A DNA stretch of 64,000 nt from Eledone cirrhosa. Taxonomy: Eukaryota. The stretch spans positions 77,810,001-77,874,000 of the forward strand of contig OZ024743.1 of NCBI GenBank assembly GCA_964016885.1, written 5' to 3'. Shown in pieces: positions 30,399-43,256 of the stretch. The notes under the pieces were generated by a model. That model saw only the letters and a list, made by a program, of their open reading frames with translations. It did no database searches and was not told the origin of the DNA. Each line of letters begins with the position of its first letter. Positions within the stretch are counted from its first letter, which is position 1. A program made the position numbers and the translations under genes.

Positions 30399-30600
30399 GT
30401 ATGTATATATATATATATATATATGTATGTATATATATATATATATATATGTATGTATATATATATATATATGTATGTATATATATATGTATGTATATAT
30501 ATATGTATGTATATGTATATATATATATATGTATGTATATGTATATATTATATGTATGTATGTATATGTATATATATATGTATGTATGTAATACATATTT

Positions 30601-32010
30601 AAATATAACATCTTTTGGAAGAAGGTTTCTTCTGCGTTTTTATACTTGAACAGTTCTCTATCCAAAATCTGCAATCTCTGTCTAAATGAAAAATTTACCA
30701 TTATCTCTAATCTAGATTCTATAATAAATAGACGCACTGACTTGTTTTCTATCTGCTTGCATAAATTCCATAAAACATTTCACAAAGTATACAGCTAATA
30801 TTCAATTTTTTATCAATTTAGAATCTTTTTCTCAAAGGCACATATATATATACACTTCTTTTAAAAATATACCAATCTTTCTACCTTATTTCAAAGGTCA
30901 TTATACATTCTATAATACTTGTCTACTCTTTCTACATCACCCCTATTTATCACTTCCCTTTCCTCTCTTCTTCTTCTAATGTCTAACCCCTAATCTGTAC
31001 CTTTTCTCACTCCTGCCTAACATAGAATCAATTATTACATAATACAACACATTCTTACTCTATATCACCTTGTAAAAATCCTTCGTAAACATATACATTT
31101 TTTTTGACGTTAGATTATTCATCCTCAATTCACTATTCTCTTCTCCCTTTCATCTAACTCATTTTTTCTTCGCACATATTATCAAACCCCTCAATATACA
31201 AACCTTAACTTTACATTATTTTTCTCTTCGTTAATTTTCAAATTCTATAATACTTGTCTACTCTTTCTACATCACCCCTATTTATCACTTCCCTTCCTTC
31301 TCTTCTTCTTCTAATATCTAACCCCTAATCTGTACCTTTTCTCACTCTTGCCTAACATAGAATCAATTATTACATAACACAACACATTCTTACTCTATAT
31401 CACCTTGTAAAAACCCTTCGTAAACATATACATTTTTTTTGACGTTAGATTATTCATCCTCAATTCATTATTCTTTTCTCCTCTTCATCTAACTCATTAT
31501 TCTCAATACATATTAACTCTTTCTTTTTCTTCGCACATATTATCAAACCCCTCAATATACAAACCTTAACTTTACATTATTTTTCTCTTCGTTAATTTTC
31601 AAATTCTTTTAATTTATACATTATCTTCCAACGGTTTTCAACCTCTCTATGTAAAACAATATATCTTTCTCAGTTATAAAAGCTATCTTTCTCTCTCTAT
31701 CACCCATCTCTCCTCCTATTATCCTTCCTCATTATACCCCCCCCTCTCCACCTTCACTCTCATCTCCTCCTTTCTTTCATCCTTGCCACCCCCCCCTCTA
31801 AATAAAATATTTTTCCCAATATCACACATCAATCTAAAACCACTTCTCATATGTTGATTTAAAACTGAACTATCCACAAGTGTTTTTTAACCTTCATATC
31901 ATGTCCTCCTGTTTTATCTGATGAAAACACAAATATTATTGCATGATGATATTTGTTTTTGAAATGCACATAATAAAATACATGGAACTCTTTTAACCAT
32001 CTTTTGTTCT
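30601..32010 (+). mobile_element. 5'-truncated PLE of a second family (GIY-YIG C-terminus + 3' UTR + hammerhead)
   Basis: 30604-30798 translates [10 protein letters not shown]...[14 protein letters not shown]...[13 protein letters not shown], homologous to the end of the 28243 ORF; internal ~335-bp tandem duplication at 30908/31243. Confidence 0.85.
31910..31980 (+). ncRNA. Type I hammerhead ribozyme
   Basis: tgttttat-CTGATGA-aaac acaaatattat..atgatatttgt tttt-GAAA-tg ca cATA-ataaaata. Confidence 0.8.
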
Positions 32011-32058
32011 TATATATTATATGTATATGTATATATGTATATATATACACACACACAC

Positions 32059-32107
<49 letters not shown>

Positions 32108-32116
32108 CCTATATAC

Positions 32117-32148
<32 letters not shown>

Positions 32149-32360
32149 GTACATATATACGTATATACATATATATATACATATATATATATATATGTAC
32201 ATATATACGTATATATATATATATACATATATACATATATATATATATATACATATATACATATATATATATACATATATACATATACATACATATATAT
32301 ACATATATATATATATATACATATATACATATATATATATATATACATATATACATATAC

Positions 32361-32386
<26 letters not shown>

Positions 32387-32391
<5 letters not shown>

Positions 32392-33084
32392 AAATTGAGG
32401 TTGGTAATGGCACATGGAATATATAAGAGACAGAATACTTTTTTGTGAAAAAACATATAATTTTATAAGGTAAGGAAATAATAAAGGGTATAAAAAATGA
32501 CCGGTTTCGATGGGTCTGCAAAAGCCATCTTTTCAAATGTTGATTAATATTAAGAAAAATTAATAATAAGAAGAGTTAAAATTTGAGATTTGAAAATTCA
32601 AGTATAAAATTCATTGTGGGATTTCACAGTAGTTTTCATCTTGGTAGCAGCTCATTGACTGCTTCTGGTAGTGAATGAGCTCATTGACTGCTTCTGGTAG
32701 TGAATGAGCAGTCAATGAGCTGCTACCAAGATGAAAACTACTGTGAAATGAGCTCATTGACTGCTTCTGGTAGTGAATGAGCTCATTGACTGCTTCTGGT
32801 AGTGAATGAGCAGTCAATGAGCTGCTACCAAGATGAAAACTACTGTGAAATCCCACAATGAATTTTATACTTGAATTTTCAAATCTCAAATTTTAACTCT
32901 TCTTATTATTAATTTTTCTTAATATTAATCAACATTTGAAAAGATGGCTTTTGCAGACCCATCGAAACCGGTCATTTTTTATACCCTTTATTATTTCCTT
33001 ACCTTATAAAATTATATGTTTTTTCACAAAAAAGTATTCTGTCTCTTATATATTCCATGTGCCATTACCAACCTCAATTTTCTC
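32387..33084. repeat. Large foldback (~277-bp arms) with internally repeated centre and degenerate hammerheads in both arms
   Basis: 32387-32663 is the reverse complement of 32809-33084; TTGAAAA-gatgg..ccatc-GAAACCGGTC at 32936-32973. Confidence 0.9.
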
Positions 33085-33133
33085 TATAACCTTCGTTTTG
33101 TGTAGTAAATTACACTTTATATATATATATATA

Positions 33134-34290
33134 CATCATCATCATTTTACGTCCGCTTTTCCCTGCTTGCAAGGCTGGGATGGGTCCTATTCAGCACAGC
33201 ATCTCACCACTCGTCACGGTCCCTCGTCATCTCCACCGTGAGCTTCAGCGATCTGAGGTCTGTTCTCACTACTTCCGCCTATGTTTTTCGTGGTCTATCT
33301 CTACCACGTCTTCCTTCAACTGGCATTTCCTGGCACTTCTTCACCCATCAGTCATCCTCCATGCGCATCACATGTCCATACCACCTCAGTCTCTTCTCTC
33401 GCACACTACATTCTATCCCTCTCAGACACAGTTTCTCTCTCAACACATCCATGCTGGGTCGTTCACGCACATTGACATTGCACATTCAACGGAGCATGCT
33501 TGCCTCATTTCTCTCCAGCTGTCGCATATCCTCTGCAGTTGCTGCCCATGTCTCACTACCATGCAGCATCGTGCTCCTCACACAGGCATCATATAACCAG
33601 ACTTTCGTATGCAGGGAGAAACCCTTCTTCGACAGCAGCTCCCTAAACTTCTTCCAACCCGTCCTTATTCTAGATACTATGGCCTCAGAACACCCCCTCC
33701 CATGCTAACCTGATCTCCTAGGTACCGGAAGCTATCCTCCACTTCTATAGCACCCGCCTGCATTTGAAAAATGTGTCTATCAATGCAACTTCTACTGTCT
33801 AATTTCCCTGTACATCTACTGCATACATATTTCTCCCTACCTGTTAGTTTGCCTGCTATCCCACTACATCTCTTGTGTACTCAGGATCTGCATTGTGTGC
33901 ATTTTTTAGAATTTATGCCAGTTCCTTTTCTGCATATCGAACATGGCCATTTCCCTTACGGAAGCAGAGTTTTGTCCTCTTTTCCACTCATCAACACATT
34001 TGTCTTAGCTAGATTCACTCTCAGTCCTCTTGCTTCCAACTGCTGTTTCCATAGCCAGAATTTATTCTCTAGCTCCTCTACTGATTCTGCTATAAGAACC
34101 AGATCGTCAGCATAGAGAAGTTCCCATGGACAGCCAGTCTTAAATTCCTCTGTTATGGCTTGGAGGATTATAATGAATAAGAGCGGGCTGAGGACCGAAC
34201 CCTGCTGTACACCTACTTGTATCTGGAATTCCTCACTAAACTCTATTCCTACCCTCACTTTACTGACAGCACGCTTGTACATAGCTTGCA
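33134..34290 (-). mobile_element. 5'-truncated RTE of a related family
   Basis: GVQQGSVLSPLLF, LLYADD, PHD-like insert, (CAT)n tail. Confidence 0.88.
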
Positions 34291-34693
34291 GGTCATCAAA
34301 TGGTTCACCAATATACGAGATAAGGATTCATTAAAATTTATTCAATTCGACATAGATAATTATTACACCTCTTTCTCCCCTATACTATTAAACAAGGACC
34401 TCATCTTAGCTAGGTCCAATACTAGTTTAACTAAAAAAGAAATAGACATAGTACTAGCAGCTAGACGAACAGTCATACACTTCAAAGGCTCATACTGGAC
34501 CTGAGCCAACCGTCCTGATAATTTCGATATCACGATGGGGTCTAGTGACCCTACATAGATAACCGACCTGGTTGGAATATACCTCCTACATAAGCTCAGG
34601 GAAGAGATCCCTGCACTACAAGGAGGTGTATATAGGGACGACGTCCTATTTACTGTAAGGAATTACAACCCCTGTAGAATAGAAAACCTCAAG
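34291..34693 (+). mobile_element. Internal PLE RT fragment (third family)
   Basis: VIKWF..FIQFDIDNYY..FDITMGSSD..GVYRDD with stops. Confidence 0.85.
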
Positions 34694-34775
34694 GTTTTCT
34701 ATTCTACGGGGGGTTTCTATCAGGAGTTCCGGGACCACACATACGACTCTATCAGGAGTTACGGGACCATAGTGA

Positions 34776-34975
34776 AGGTATGTGGCTTAGTGGTTAGAGA
34801 ATTTCATTGGCAATTGTGATGTTTTGCTAGTTTGATTCCCAGACCGAGTTATGTCCTTAAGACATTCTCTGTCTTGTTGCTCTTTCTGCCAGGAGTTACA
34901 ACTATTAGATAGTATTAACAATGGAAACATTGTTTCCTTCGTCCAGTTGGATGAGTTCCACTACACTTGATGACT
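34776..34975 (+). mobile_element. Degenerate tRNA-derived SINE related to 7017-7236
   Basis: tggcttagtgg A box; shared tagatagtatta..ggaaacattgtt..cctcgtcc 3' part. Confidence 0.6.
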
Positions 34976-35054
34976 GTGCATTTCGATTCTTTCTTCTTCC
35001 ATTTAATGATTATTGATTTATGATTGTCTTCATATTCATATTTTTGCATTCACA

Positions 35055-35340
35055 CTTAAACAAACACACACACACATACACACATTACACAGACAAACAC
35101 ACACACATACATTTAAACAGACACACACACACATACACTTACTTAAACAGACACACACACACACGCACACAGACACGCATTTAAACAGACACACACACAC
35201 ACACACATTTACACAGACAAACACACACATACACACATATAAACACACACACATTTAAACACACACACACACATTTAAACACACACACATTTAAACATGC
35301 ACACACTTAAACAGACAAACACACTTAAACACCCACACAC
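35055..35340. repeat. (CA)n-rich microsatellite
   Basis: Direct reading. Confidence 0.9.
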
Positions 35341-35472
35341 TTATATAACCATCTATTCCAGCTCTCCATATGAACAGTAGCTGTTTTCCTTTCTGCATCA
35401 ACTGAGCTAACCATATTAGAAAGATAAAGATAGACATCCACTGTAAATCTTAAACAAGTTTTTCCATTAATC

Positions 35473-35577
35473 ATGAAATCTGTATCATTACCTCTGTTAT
35501 TATTTGTACTCCTACAATTATACATTAATGAGAGATTAGTCCACTCTATAAATTGTACCACGGAATCTCAGAAAAAG
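35473..35577 (+). CDS. Host gene, candidate first coding exon (signal peptide)
   Basis: MKSVSLPLLLFVLLQLYINERLVHSINCTTESQKK, then AAG|GTAAAA donor; phase 0 matches the next exon. Confidence 0.6.
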
Positions 35578-35649
35578 GTAAAAACATGGTTTTTTTTTTA
35601 CAAATCTAATGAGTTTTGATGTCAAAGAATGCATAAAGTTACACTTTTT

Positions 35650-35800
35650 CAGATATACCTGTAATTGTTTTACTTCCAGATATACCTGTAATTGTTTTAC
35701 TTCCAGATATACCTGTATTTGTTTTACTTCCAGGTATACCTGTAATTGTTTTACTTCCAGATCTACCTGTAACTGTTTTACTTCCAGATATACCTGTAAT
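35650..35800. repeat. 27-bp minisatellite (cagatatacctgtaattgttttacttc)
   Basis: ~5.5 copies. Confidence 0.9.
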
Positions 35801-35834
35801 TATTTTAGTTTCAGTTCAGTGGCTGATATATGCC

Positions 35835-36125
35835 AACTTAGTTCCACGTGACCTAGTAGTAAGGTTGTTGGACTTAAGATCATAATGTCATGGGTTTGAT
35901 TCCTCAGGTGGGTTGTGTGTTGTGTTCTTGAGCAAAACACTTCATTTCACGTTGCTCCAGTGTACTCAGCTGAAAATGAGTAACAGTAATATTTGGGGGT
36001 TTAACCCAGTGATAAATTGGTGTCCTGTCCAGGTGGGAGCCTTGTACTCTCAGTTGCTTCACACCATGATACCAGGTTAAGCACCAGCCTGATGAGCCTC
36101 CTGGCTTGAGACGCACTTTAGTTCC
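35835..36125 (+). mobile_element. Degenerate tRNA-derived SINE
   Basis: ggtttgattcc B box; tgttcttgagcaaaacacttcatttcacgttgctcc body. Confidence 0.65.
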
Positions 36126-36297
36126 AAACATGGTGGCACCATTTATTTCCAAATAAGTATTTAACGCTATCAACACATGAAATATGGTGAGAGGGAGAGA
36201 AAAAATTTACTCTACTATGTATTGAGTATCTTACTGTGGTTAGCCCCGATTGAACCCGGGATACACACACACACACACACACATATATATACATATA

Positions 36298-36480
36298 TCA
36301 TCATCATCATCACCGTTTTACCACCGTTTTGTCCACGCTAGCATGGGTTAGATGGGTTGTCTTGTTGTGGGCAGTGTCCGGTCGGCTGACCTTGTCTTGC
36401 TCACACGGGAACTGATTCTGGCTTGATTTCTACAGCTGGATGCCCTTCCTAACACCAACCTCATTTACAGTGAGTGCTGG
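36298..36480 (-). mobile_element. RTE-3'UTR-type short repeat
   Basis: (CAT)n + ttctacagctggatgcccttcctaacaccaacc. Confidence 0.75.
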
Positions 36481-36859
36481 GTATATATAAGATATATATA
36501 ATGTTCTAAAGAGGAGCTGTGGTCTGTGGGGGACTAGTAGAAGAAGCAGTTCGATTCAACCAAATATTTGGAGAGAGAAAAAAAATACTTTTTAAAATTT
36601 TTTCTTAGGGTCATATTTCCTTTCTTTTAATTTCCATGTTAACCCCCCCCCCCAAAAAAAAATCAAACAAACAAAACAACCGTGAACAGTTTGGTAAGGT
36701 TAACCATTTTCATACAAACCCACCAAAAACTACCCCTGGTTCTGTGATACAAAACTATTTATTTCAAAGTGTTTATATTTATCTAATAACCTTTCATCAT
36801 AATTTGTTAAGTTATGCTCAAAACACCAACTGCAAGATATAAAAATTAGTTATGGTTAA

Positions 36860-37258
36860 TAAATCTCTTCTTCTCTCCTTCTCTGGTCACTTATTCCTGA
36901 GTGGGTCGTGGGTGCAGAGTCCTTAAACACTCCCTCCAGTGGGTCCTGTCAGAAACAACCATCTCCAACTGATCTGGCTGGATCCCCAAGCGAGACCAGC
37001 CAACCTCATGGATGTTATCCAACCATCTTACTCAGGGTCTACCACTGGGTCTCCTGTCTGTTGGTTTGTCTGTAAAATATGTCCAGCAATTCTTTCCTGA
37101 GACATTCTAACCACATGTCCATAGTATCAGAGCTGTGATCTCTTAATTCGAGAAGTAGCGGCTCTACCTGGAGTGATTCTCTGATCTCCGAGCTATGCAC
37201 TCTATCGAGTAATGTTACTCCAAAGACCTTTCAGAGGAACCCTATTTCGGCCGCTTGT
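36860..37258 (-). mobile_element. Old RTE C-terminal fragment
   Basis: Minus strand YYGHVVRM...GRP..RWLDNI. Confidence 0.6.
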
Positions 37259-37324
37259 TTTCTTGATTATTTTAAAATAATTTGTGCTTGTATTGTTTAT
37301 GTTGATATTGGTATTATTTCTGGA

Positions 37325-37662
37325 TTGAGAAGGGTCTCCTGTGAGAAGGGTCCCCTGTGAGAAGGCTGTCCTGTGAGAAGGGTCTCCTGTGGGAAGGGTC
37401 TCCTGTGGGGAGGCTGTCCTGTCGGAAGGCTGTCCTGAGAGAAAGGTCTCCTGTGGGAAATGTCTCCTGTGGGAAGGGTCTCCTGTGAGAAGGCTGTCCT
37501 GTGCGAAAGCTGTCCTGTGAGAAGGGTCTCCTGTGGGAAGGGTCTCCTGTGAGAAGGCTGTCCTGTGGGAAGGATCTCCTGTGAGAAGGGTCTCCTGTGG
37601 GAAGGGTCCCCTGTGAGAAGGGTCCCCTGTGAGAAGGGTCTCCCATGAGAAGGCTCTCCTGT
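37325..37662. repeat. 16-bp minisatellite (gagaagggtctcctgt)
   Basis: ~21 copies. Confidence 0.92.
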
Positions 37663-38276
37663 GAGTTGTTCTCTTGCAGAGATGGCAGTAGAACTTTCAT
37701 GATCTGTTTTGGTTGTGATGTTGGGTTTTGCTGTTGTTGCTATTGACAGATTTGTGGTGTTGGCAGCAAGTCAACCCCTTTCCAGCTGAGACCAGAAAGC
37801 TCTCTGATGTTTGGGGCTAAATTATCATTTTGTCCTCATTTGTTAATTGGATGTGGCTGGGGACTGTTAAGAGGTCCATTGGGTGAAGCATCATCTGAAA
37901 CAGTTGTAGATTGTTTTTCTCTCTACTACAAAAGAATGACGTCACTTGTCTAGAAGACTGGCAACTAGTGTATAGTTGTCCAAGGAGGTTCATGGAAAAA
38001 TGGTGAAAATAGAAACAACACTCCGGGATTAGTTCAAGATCCAGTCAGTATTGCCTGGATACCTGCACCAATTCTGGTGAGGGAGGAAGGGTGAGATACA
38101 TTGTTGATGTCAAAAGAATATGACTATATTAAGATTTATTTTGAATTTATTTAAAATATTTTAGCAATCATCCCTTCATTTTGCTGGATGGATTTCAATT
38201 TGATCTCAAGCAAAGCTTCTCATTTGTCTTCTCTTTTAATGAATTGACTGTTATGAGCATTTCAGTAAAGTTTCGG

Positions 38277-38778
38277 TATTTGGATTGGATGTTGTGGTAC
38301 CAACTTTATAGAGAGAAGGTGGTGTTGGTGGGAGTGGGAGGATAGGGTAGGAGTAGTGGATTGGGGTGTATATTTGGTTAAGGCACCTCTTAACCAAATA
38401 TACACCCCAATCCACTACCCCTACTCTTTCCTCCCACTCCCACCAACACCACCCTCTCTCTATAAAGTTGGTACCACAACATCCAGTCCAAATAAATGAG
38501 CTAAATGAGATCGAGATCGTGTAGGTGTCACGAAAAAAAAACACAGAGTCCACGCTGTAATGTGGCCGTGTAGGTAACACGGTAAAAAGTTCCCAGTTCC
38601 ACACTTTAAATGTGGTTGGTGTTAGGAAAGGCATCCAGCCATAGAAAACCTGCCAGACAGTCCTATATGAGCGAGACACGGTCACCCGACCAACCTTGCC
38701 TCAAGTGGGACAACTCCCGTCTAACTCATGCTAGCGTGGAAAATGGATGTTAAACGATGATGATGATGATGATGATGT
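38277..38778 (+). mobile_element. RTE 3' UTR insertion with snap-back inverted duplication of its 5' end
   Basis: 38388-38778 matches the RTE 3' UTR + (TGA)n; 38277-38381 is the reverse complement of 38388-38493. Confidence 0.85.
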
Positions 38779-38870
38779 TGTAGACATTTCCTGGGATGTG
38801 GTTGTCTTCATATTCATCATTTCTCTTGGAACATTTCAGCAATGTTTCAGTAAAATAATGTTGTAGACAT

Positions 38871-39177
38871 GAGTGAATAATAATATTATAATAATATTAT
38901 TAATAATCAGTTTGTTTGCAAGTAAACAGCCTCATAACACCATGTATTCTAGATGACTGGTATCGTCCTTTTGTTCCAGCGGTAATAGAGAGAAAAACAA
39001 TCTTCAATTGTTTCAGGGTTATTGATAAGGGGCAATAACCCTGAAACAATTGCAGATTGATTTCTCTTTGCTACTACTGGAACAAAAGGATGATGTCAGT
39101 CATCTAGAACACTTGATGTTATGAGGCTGTTAGCTTGCAAATGAATCAAATATTAATAATATTATTGTTATTCACTT
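38871..39177. repeat. Imperfect foldback (~150-bp arms), MITE-like
   Basis: caattgtttcagggttattg ataagggg caataaccctgaaacaattg centre; arms align outward. Confidence 0.85.
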
Positions 39178-39301
39178 ACGAATACATTTAGGTATCCACC
39201 ATGTTGGAGCAAAAACAAATTTTGTTTTTGATGTTGTAGATGTTTTCTGTGAAAAGTGTTAGTCTTCATATTGAGACATTTGTTCTTGTCTCCATAATCA
39301 G

Positions 39302-39389
39302 AATATTACTGGAAGCTGCTCCAATCATTCATGTGCTTTCGATGAAATGTGTTTGCCAGAGAATGATTCCTTCTTCTGTATTAAATTGC
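39302..39389 (+). CDS. Host gene exon: Cys-rich EGF-like module
   Basis: ttgtctccataatcAG|NITGSCSNHSCAFDEMCLPENDSFFCIKL|GTAAGT; phase 0-1. Confidence 0.8.
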
Positions 39390-39787
39390 GTAAGTTATAT
39401 TTTATATGTTTGTTTACAAAAGCAGTTTCTTGGCCTCTAAGTCTGACATATCTCAACCAATTTCTTAATGTTAATATACAAATTTTACTGGCTATAGATG
39501 TGCAAAAAGATGTGTACAGTGTTCTTGAGAATGTTTTTCTGAATGAAGTCAGAGATTCACCGACTGTTTTGGAGGTGAAGACATACACAAAAACACGGTG
39601 AGCTTTCAGAATACTTGTCTCCCAAATTCACTCAGAAAACATTGCTAAGCCTAAGGCTACAGCAGAAGACACCCAAGGTACCACACAGGGAGGTTGAACT
39701 CTGAACTGTATACTTTAAGAGTGAACTTCTAAACCACACAGCCATAACTGTGGCAACAATGAATAAAGAGAATTGCACAAATTATCC

Positions 39788-40130
39788 ACCACCGCCATCA
39801 ACCCCACCACAACCACCATCACCATCATCACCCCCACCACAACCACCACCACACCACCACCATCACCTCCACCACAGCCCCCCCCCAACCCCACCATCAT
39901 CATTACTATCACCCCACCCCCACCCCCACCACCCCACCACAACCATCAGGACCCACCACCACCATCACTCCCATGCCCACCATCATCATTACTACCCCCC
40001 CCCCCCATCATCATAATCATCATCACCACCATGATGATGGTGGTGGTGGTGGTGGTAGTGGTAGTGGTAGTGGTAGTGGTGATGGTGATGGTGGTAGTGA
40101 TGACAATGATGGTGGTGGTGGTGATGATGA
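39788..40130. repeat. (CAC/CAT)n followed by (GTG/GAT)n microsatellites
   Basis: Direct reading. Confidence 0.9.
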
Positions 40131-40445
40131 GTCACCACACTGCAGCTAATTATTAGATAATAGTTAAATAAATCAGATAAACCATATCTGGAGATGGAGA
40201 ACAGTCTGTTCATTTTGTTTAACATCACTAGGGGTACTTTACTGATTTGTGGTAAATTTTAAGCAACTTATATTATAGTTATTTGCTTTGTGGTGACTAT
40301 TGTTTCAAATTTATTTTTCTGATATTTAACTAATACATTGTTCAGATTTTACCCTATTACATGCTGCAGCCAACAGGCTAAGGCCATACTGGGGCACCAC
40401 CATTGATGCTACTATTTATCTATTTTTATCAAACAAATGTCATAG

Positions 40446-40607
40446 ATATAGACTGTGGTATGCCATACCAGATAGACTCAACAGTGATTATTCAGAGAAG
40501 CAAAAGAGTTGTAAGATATTCTTGTTTGGTAAATGGTCATCAAAAAAGGATAATTTATTCACATTGTCAACTGTCTTCAGTTTGGTCGAAACCATCATTA
40601 AAATGTC
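40446..40607 (+). CDS. Host gene exon: Sushi/CCP domain
   Basis: catAG|IDCGMP..VRYSC..SHCQLSSVWSKPSLKC|GTAAGT; C-C-C-W-C pattern, phase 1-1, 162 nt. Confidence 0.85.
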
Positions 40608-41609
40608 GTAAGTTTTAAGAAAATTATTTTTTCTCACTGCAAGTTGAATGGAAGACATAAGTTGAAAGAGTTGAAACACCAGTTATTACTGTTCATGCTA
40701 AACACCATATACACAGGATTTTGACCTTGGGGACCCCAGTGCACTTCAGGTTTTAGAGGGCTTCTCATACACAAGAAATTGAAATACACAGCCCCCCCCC
40801 CATTTTACATATCAAAGTTATACATACAGGTATTAAATTCAAAAATTCTAACCATGCTAAAACTAAAAAGCCTAGCTGAGGGCACAAATAAATTGCTACG
40901 CCCATCAGTGGTGGAGCCCTCCACTTCAGGGGGCCTAGGGCAATTGCCCCCCATTAAATTCGGCCCTGCACACACACATCTCAGTGGCAACTCCATCATT
41001 CAGGCTAAGTCCGAGCATCTCAGCTGTCAGATCTCTATCTAGTTTAAACCAACAAGAAATTTCTACCTGAACAATTAAGAATAAACTAAATCTTCACTGG
41101 TTTCAATTTACAGTAATAATGTATATTTTGCAGAAATATATTTTCAAACATACAGATTTTATGTTGATAAAAATATCAATCGGGATGTCAGAGATTTTAT
41201 ATCCACTGCCTCTGTCTCTCTCACTCTCCCCATCTCTCACTATTATGTGCAAATGGCAGCTCACGGGCTGGCCACCCTGCAGCCCCGGCGGGCAGGATAG
41301 AGATGTTTTCCTGGAGGATGGTGATGGAGACAGGTTGAAAGAGCCATTCCAACTCGCAAGGCTCACGGCTGTGGGTAGCCAACTTCATGTCAATGGTGGG
41401 GAGTAGCGAGATGGTCCTAGGACCAAGGATACAAGAAGTCTCCATCCACTGCTATGGGCCCGACTCTATAACTTAAAATGTTCACCAATATATATAAATT
41501 CATATATATTTTCAGTATGGAAAGTATTTATTTTAATCACAGTTCTAGAAATAACATTACAAATCATTCAGAATTCTCTAAGTATGAAAATATAAATATA
41601 TATAATTGT

Positions 41610-41730
41610 TTCTACTTTTGGCACAAGGCCAGCAATTACCCAGTGTATTACTGGTACTTTATTTTATCGACCCTGTAAGGATGAAAGGCAAAGTTAACCT
41701 CGGCGGGATTTGAACTCAGAATGGAAAGGG
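41610..41730 (-). mobile_element. SINE fragment (MetaSINE-like body)
   Basis: ctggtactttattttatcgaccc..aaggatgaaaggcaaagttaacctcggcgggatttgaac; related copies at 46624-46826, 47938-48125, 52100-52270, 52900-53085. Confidence 0.7.
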
Positions 41731-41736
41731 CCATAA

Positions 41737-43256
41737 ATATATATAATAAATACAACTAACTATTGCTAGTAACCTCACAATTATACCATATATAATAAAT
41801 ACAGTCAACTATTGCTAGGAACCTCACAACTATAACATATATAATAAATACAACTAACTATTGCTAGTAACCTCACAATTATACCATATATAATAAATGC
41901 AACTAACTATTGCTAGGAACCTCACAACTATAACATATATAATAAATACAACTAACTATTGCTAGTAACCTCACAACTATAACATATATAATAAATACAA
42001 CTAACTATTGCTAGGAACCTCACAACTATACCATATATAATAAATACAACTAATTATTGCTAGGAACCTCACAACTATACCATATATAATAAATACAATC
42101 AACTATTGCTAGGAACCTCACAACTATACCATATATAATAAATACAACTAACTATTGCTAGGAACCTCACAACTGTAATATATATAATAAATACAACTAA
42201 CTATTGCTAGGAACCTCACAACTATACCATATATAATAAATACAGTTAACTATTGCTAGGAACCTCACAACTATACCATATATAATAAATACAACTAACT
42301 ATTGCTAGGAACCTCACAACTATAACATATATAATAAATACAACTAACTATTGCTAGGAACCTCACAACTATACCATATATAATAAATACAACTAACTAT
42401 TGCTAGGAACCTCACAACTATACCATATATAATAAATACAACTAACTATTGCTAGGAACCTCACAACTATACCATATATAATAAATACAACTAACTATTG
42501 CTAGGAACCTCACAACTATACCATATATAATAAGTACAACTAACTATTGCTAGGAACCTCACAACTATACCATATATAATAAATACAACTAACTATTGCT
42601 AGGAACCTCACAACTATAACATATATAATAAATACAGTCAACTATTGCTAGGAACCTCACAACTATAACATATATAATAAATACAGTCAACTATTGCTAG
42701 GAACCTCACAACTATAACATATATAATAAATACAGTCAACTATTGCTAGGAACTTCACAACTATAACATATATAATAAATACAGTCAACTATTGCTAGGA
42801 ACCTCACAACTATAACATATATAATAAATACAGTCAACTATTGCTAGGAACCTCACAACTATAACATATATAATAAATACAACTAACTATTGCTAGGAAC
42901 CTCACAACTATACCATATATAATAAATACAACTAACTATTGCTAGGAACCTCACAACTATACCATATATAATAAATACAGTCAACTATTGCTAGGAACCT
43001 CACAACTATACCATATATAATAAATACAGTCAACTATTGCTAGGAACCTCACAACTATAACATATATAATAAATACAACTAACTATTGCTAGGAACCTCA
43101 CAACTATACCATATATAATAAATACAACTAACTATTGCTAGGAACCTCACAACTATACCATATATAATAAATACAGTCAACTATTGCTAGGAACCTCACA
43201 ACTATACCATATATAATAAATACAGTCAACTATTGCTAGGAACCTCACAACTATAT
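41737..43256. repeat. 49-bp minisatellite (atatataataaatacaactaactattgctaggaacctcacaactatacc)
   Basis: ~31 copies. Confidence 0.97.

Noticed and set aside
36088-36116. Hammerhead-like ctgatgagcc..ggc
   Set aside because: No GAAA core or stem I; lies in a SINE tail
37660-38090. Possible exon in a higher-complexity stretch
   Set aside because: No phase-compatible open frame with recognisable motifs on either strand
39715-40228. Pro/His/Val-rich ORFs
   Set aside because: Trinucleotide microsatellites
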